Part shown: positions 60,801 through 64,000 of the stretch, in pieces | Layout: each line of letters opens with the position of its first letter | Position numbering within the stretch: the stretch's first letter is position 1 | Assembly: GCA_951813285.1 (NCBI GenBank) | Contig: OX638355.1 | Coordinates: 2,373,136-2,437,135, forward strand | Direction of reading: 5' to 3' | DNA from: Terriglobia bacterium | GTDB taxonomy: Bacteria; Acidobacteriota; Terriglobia; Versatilivoradales; Versatilivoraceae | Length of the DNA: 64,000 bases | Made by a program: the position numbers and the translations under genes | Notes under the pieces: model-generated | Told to the model about the DNA's origin: nothing | Database searches by the model: none | What the model saw: the letters and a program-made list of their open reading frames with translations, nothing else

Positions 60801-61572
60801 TGATATCGTTGACACGGAGCAGGTTCTGCCTGGCCTGCTCCAGCTTCGAGGCGGCCAGCTTGCGCTTGACCTTGAATTTGGTGACCCCCGCCGCCTCCTC
60901 GATGATGGCCCGTCGATCCGAGGGTTTGGAGCTGAGGATCAGGCCGACCCGGTCCTGCTCGATCAGCGCATAGGAATCCGGCCCCAGTCCGGTTCCCAGG
61001 AACACTTCCTGAACGTCCCGCAGTCGGACCCTCCGTCCGTCGAGCAGGTACTCGCTCTCTCCCGAACGAAAAAGGCGCCGGGATACCACCAGCTCACCCG
61101 GTTTGGCCGGCGTCTTGGTTCGCCTTCTCTTCCTTTTTCTGGAATCTGAGACCGGTTTGACCTCAAAGGGAGCAGGCCGGACGGAACCTTCGATTCTTGC
61201 CTCACCCTTGGGCATGGAGCCGTCGCGGCCGGCTTCCCGGTCATCGCCGGCCGGAGCCGCCTGGGGGGAGGAGGCGGCGGTTGAAAGCACTTGCTCGGCC
61301 CTCTCCGGATCGAACAGAACCACGCTGACCTCGGCCAGCCCCAGGGGCAGCCGGGAGCGGGTACCGTTGAAAATGACGTCCTGCATTCGCCCGCCGCGGA
61401 GGGTCCGGGCGCTCTGCTCCCCCAATACCCAGGCGATGGCATCCGAGATGTTGCTCTTGCCGCAGCCGTTGGGTCCCACAATGGCTGCTATGCCGGATCC
61501 GTCAAAGGTCAGTTCGGTTTTGTCGGCGAAGGATTTGAATCCTTGAATCTGAATTTGCTTCAGTTTCAGCAA
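57808..61572 (-). CDS. smc: Chromosome segregation protein SMC
   Basis: GFKSF, GPNGCGKSN, coiled coils and hinge, LSGGE, LDEVDAPLD. Confidence 0.98.
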   Translation of the reverse strand: MLKLKQIQIQGFKSFADKTELTFDGSGIAAIVGPNGCGKSNISDAIAWVLGEQSARTLRGGRMQDVIFNGTRSRLPLGLAEVSVVLFDPERAEQVLSTAASSPQAAPAGDDREAGRDGSMPKGEARIEGSVRPAPFEVKPVSDSRKRKRRRTKTPAKPGELVVSRRLFRSGESEYLLDGRRVRLRDVQEVFLGTGLGPDSYALIEQDRVGLILSSKPSDRRAIIEEAAGVTKFKVKRKLAASKLEQARQNLLRVNDITEEVSRQLDALKRQAAKARRYRELSLEARNLSRSLFSARARRLKAQLSQVSEKFEQFQDQVDRKQRFIDEREAHFRRENDALFEAETALKGQREQLSRLQMENQRDQQTIQHQKDRFDQLGVRSRENALELQLLKEQEEQYQVQAREHRQSLQEVTRQFDRLEEQYDARNREQELRQNKLGELEVSGDRLRSEQLELLGRATTLGSAVIQLEEHEKQLGLQSVRLENEHKQASRDRRNLADTRESAGSRHTREETRLRELAGRVEALSVEVNREREQLVRARQKVAEKREELSAQDQRLQSLKELAAHHAYSAESVRTLLSVADRSRGAEFRTHGILADLVEVDTEHERTVEQFVRQELEFLLVDSTSNAREGIDLLRKSGSGRSTFLVAGNGASDPAADTLDVLIQDLAARDPRLIPMSRVIRVPPRHRQGLRSALPHLFHSLIAPGYQAALEIAQAHPKLTVLTPQGEAFRGQLISGGSGDQRGHLSLKREIRELDRRLESARRDLLLLDERFQDLDRSVQAREQELTRVNRQVQELEKELVGSNHRLETLAGELERLSHREREVSGEIRNLAQERSEIDQRLLQSRSEITRAAARKTEVDQSIDSIQADWRRLRDEWLHHSQQLSQVGSELAACGERKLATEADRERVQASLQDCLQRGTRLNAQREEWTAQSLEIQTSVRQLEKTVFNRAVKRASLEAEIRIGEGRMEASRRVQAQLEEELQGWRLELDELRNRRTQTEVERARLASDHSHLEESCRQELGETLESLQVEEAGEFNQEDYRQSEERYLRLRNRLDSMGPVNMMALEEFQECEQRFDFLNRQRQDLLDSIEDTSTAIREIDEVSCEQFQQAFDAVNLNFRESFRELFGGGRGEMKLLDPQDPLETGIEIVAQPPGKRLQNVLLLSGGEKALTAIALLLAIFSYQPSPFCVLDEVDAPLDDVNLGRYSQKIKSMSGETQFVLITHSKRTMEAADALFGVTMEEAGVSKLVSVRMN

Positions 61573-61833
61573 TAGGAAGGCACCCTCAATGGCTTACCGG
61601 CAACTGCAGCCATTGGATGTGACGGGGTCGAGAAAAGGTAGGGTCTCATGCTGACCCGGCGAGTGTAACACGGATCCGCAACCAGTGCAAAGCACCCTGG
61701 AAAAGACTCGCCTGTATTGACTTATCGGTGAACGGCGGTCTATTCTAGCCGCGGAAACGGACCTGGGACGAGGTCGTGACCGGGCAGGCCTGCGCCGCCG
61801 CCGGGCTGCGACGGCTCGACGGAGATTTCACCC

Positions 61834-63225
61834 ATGCTGCGGCTTTCCAACACCCTTTCCGGGAGGGTCGAGCCCTTTCGACCGCTGGAGCCCCACCAGG
61901 CGAAAATGTACACCTGCGGCCCGACGGTGTACGACTTTGTCCACATCGGAAACCTGAGGACCTTCGTCTTCCAGGACGTTCTGAAGCGCTATCTGCGGCA
62001 CAAGGGCTTTCGGGTCTTTCACGTCATGAACATCACCGACGTCGACGACAAGACTATCCGGAATTCGGAGGCGCAGACCATCGCTCAGCTCAGAACGTTT
62101 ACGGACCATTTTACCCGGGCCTTTTTCGAGGACTGCGACCGGCTGGGCATCGAGAAACCCGATCGGGCCGTTCATGCGACCGATCACATCGATGACATGG
62201 TGTCTCTGATCCGGCAACTGCAGTCCGGAGGCTACACCTACGAGAAAGACGGCTCGATCTATTTCCGGATTGAAGCCTTCGGGGACTACGGGAAGCTGGC
62301 CAAGCTCGACTGGGAGGGAATCCAGGTGGGCGCCCGGGTGGATGTGGACGAATACGACAAGCAGGATGCGCGGGACTTCGTCTTGTGGAAGGCTCCCAAG
62401 AACGGGGAACCTCGCTGGGAGACCCCCCTGGGTCCCGGTCGGCCTGGATGGCACATCGAATGTTCAGCCATGAGCATGAAATATCTGGGTGAAACCTTCG
62501 ACCTGCATTGCGGCGCGGTGGATCTCATCTTTCCCCACCACGAGAACGAGATTGCTCAAAGCGAGGCCGCCACCGCCAAGCCGTTCGTGCGCTACTGGGT
62601 CCACGGGGAGCATCTCATCGTGGACGGCGAGAAGATGTCCAAGTCCAAGGGCAACTTCTTCACCCTCCGGGACCTGCTGGAGAAAGGGATCCAGCCCGGG
62701 GCCATCCGCTACGCTTTGCAGAGCGTTCCCTATAAGCGTCAACTCAACTTCACCATGGATGCGGTACAGCAAGCCGGGGCCTCGCTCCAGCGGCTGCAGG
62801 ACTTCAAGCATCGGATCGAGACCGAGTCATTGCCGAGGGGCGCCAGTCCCGAACTCCAGTCAGGCTGCAAGGCGGTTGTGGAGAAGTTCGAGGAAGCCAT
62901 GGATCAGGACCTCAACACGGCCCAGGCCCTGGCGGCCATCTTCGACTGGGTCCGTGAGGTCAACACCGCCCTGGCTGCGGGCCGGGTCCATGACGGCGAC
63001 AGCTCCGCGATTCTGGCCACCATGGAAACGCTCAACCGGGTCCTGCCGCTGTGGGAGTCCGGGGAATCCGGTCTGGACCCCCAAATTCAAGGCCTGATCG
63101 AGCAGCGCAGCCGGGCGCGGCAGGCCCGAGACTTCGCCCTGGCGGATGAGCTCCGCGACCGGATTTTCGACCTGGGCTACCTGGTCGAAGACACCAGGGA
63201 AGGCGTCCGCTGGAAGAAACGATAG
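61834..63225 (+). CDS. cysS: Cysteine--tRNA ligase
   Basis: CGPTVY..HIGN, GRPGWHIECS, FPHHENE, KMSKS. Confidence 0.99.
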   Translation: MLRLSNTLSGRVEPFRPLEPHQAKMYTCGPTVYDFVHIGNLRTFVFQDVLKRYLRHKGFRVFHVMNITDVDDKTIRNSEAQTIAQLRTFTDHFTRAFFEDCDRLGIEKPDRAVHATDHIDDMVSLIRQLQSGGYTYEKDGSIYFRIEAFGDYGKLAKLDWEGIQVGARVDVDEYDKQDARDFVLWKAPKNGEPRWETPLGPGRPGWHIECSAMSMKYLGETFDLHCGAVDLIFPHHENEIAQSEAATAKPFVRYWVHGEHLIVDGEKMSKSKGNFFTLRDLLEKGIQPGAIRYALQSVPYKRQLNFTMDAVQQAGASLQRLQDFKHRIETESLPRGASPELQSGCKAVVEKFEEAMDQDLNTAQALAAIFDWVREVNTALAAGRVHDGDSSAILATMETLNRVLPLWESGESGLDPQIQGLIEQRSRARQARDFALADELRDRIFDLGYLVEDTREGVRWKKR

Positions 63226-63319
63226 GACCGGTCCGGCCGCAGGCCGGCAACGCCCCGCCCCAGGCGACGGAGCGGATCATACAGGGTGAAACAGGGGTGT
63301 TCCTGACAAGTTCCGCCCC

Positions 63320-63855
63320 CGCCGTACCGGGCGGATCATACGAGAGTGGAACTAACGAATCTTCATGTCCTATCGGGAATAAGAGCCATGTCTTGCTAAA
63401 CCGGTTTTCTACTAATTGAACATGGATGTACAGGATAGACAGGATAAACAGCCAGCCGTTTTGGTTTTGGAAATGAAGACGAACCACCAATGAACACGAA
63501 CGGGCCCGAATAGGGATGGAGTTCCTTCAATGACGAGCGGCGCCCAGGTGCTTCTGCAATATTGTGACGTGGGTGTCACGGCGTCAGGGGAGAATGCCCC
63601 CCCGGGAGCGCGGGCGTCCCGCCCGCAACCTTATTGGTGCAAACAGCCTGCGATGCAGGGCCACTTCCTCGCACAGTGCACCAGACCCGCCATTGTGGGG
63701 ATCGTTACAATGGTGCCAAGTCGTGTGCGGGCGAGACGCCCGCGCTCCCGGGTGGGTCGTCCCGATGGTGCGATGGAGGGCATCCGGCGGGCGAATTCTC
63801 TGAAAGCCGACGGTCGCCTTCTGGAAAACTCCCGTTTGTCCGCGAGCCCAGCCCC
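63320..63855 (-). repeat. Large intergenic composite repeat (inverted)
   Basis: Reverse complement of ~43662-44190. Confidence 0.92.
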
Positions 63856-63857
63856 AC

Positions 63858-63953
63858 AGCCGCCAAGGCGGCGGTAGCACTTAGCCGTGGGCGTCAGCCG
63901 GGCGAAGCCATTGGATCGGGTTGGCTTAAGAGTTGAGCCGCGTAGGCGGCGAC
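63858..63953. repeat. REP-like unit
   Basis: AGCCGCCAAGGCGGCGG..TTAGCCGTGGGCGTCAGCC..GAGCCGCGTAGGCGGCGAC matches 6088-6171. Confidence 0.8.
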
Positions 63954-64000
63954 AGCAGCCATCCGTGAGCGTGAGCGGTTTCCAGGATAAGATAGCAGGG

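Overview
High-GC bacterial chromosome segment, probably Acidobacteriota (inferred from a VWFA-Acidobacterial-type protein and an Acidobacterial secreted-domain fragment). About 22-63 kb is mostly housekeeping: alaS, recX, ilvE, leuS-lptE-holA, hemH, mtnA, gatB, S41 protease, tatA/C, groESL with a perfect CIRCE, cvpA, purC, smc, cysS. It also holds a DUF692 (MNIO)/DUF2063 RiPP cluster with a 12-Cys, twin-arginine precursor, and many intergenic MITE/REP-type repeats, some of which supply start or stop codons to core genes. About 6.2-21.9 kb is a decayed mobile island with a frameshifted P4-type integrase, two IS elements (one a remnant), a tRNA-Lys att relic, a TPR-like repeat protein and nuclease-like cargo. 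The most unusual signal is a repeated non-coding module in that island. It is a ~420-bp multi-hairpin element whose two full copies show compensatory base changes. It is linked to an RHH-like ORF with iterons, att-arm-like ends and two solitary type I-E CRISPR repeats. All calls are from reading the sequence; no searches were run.
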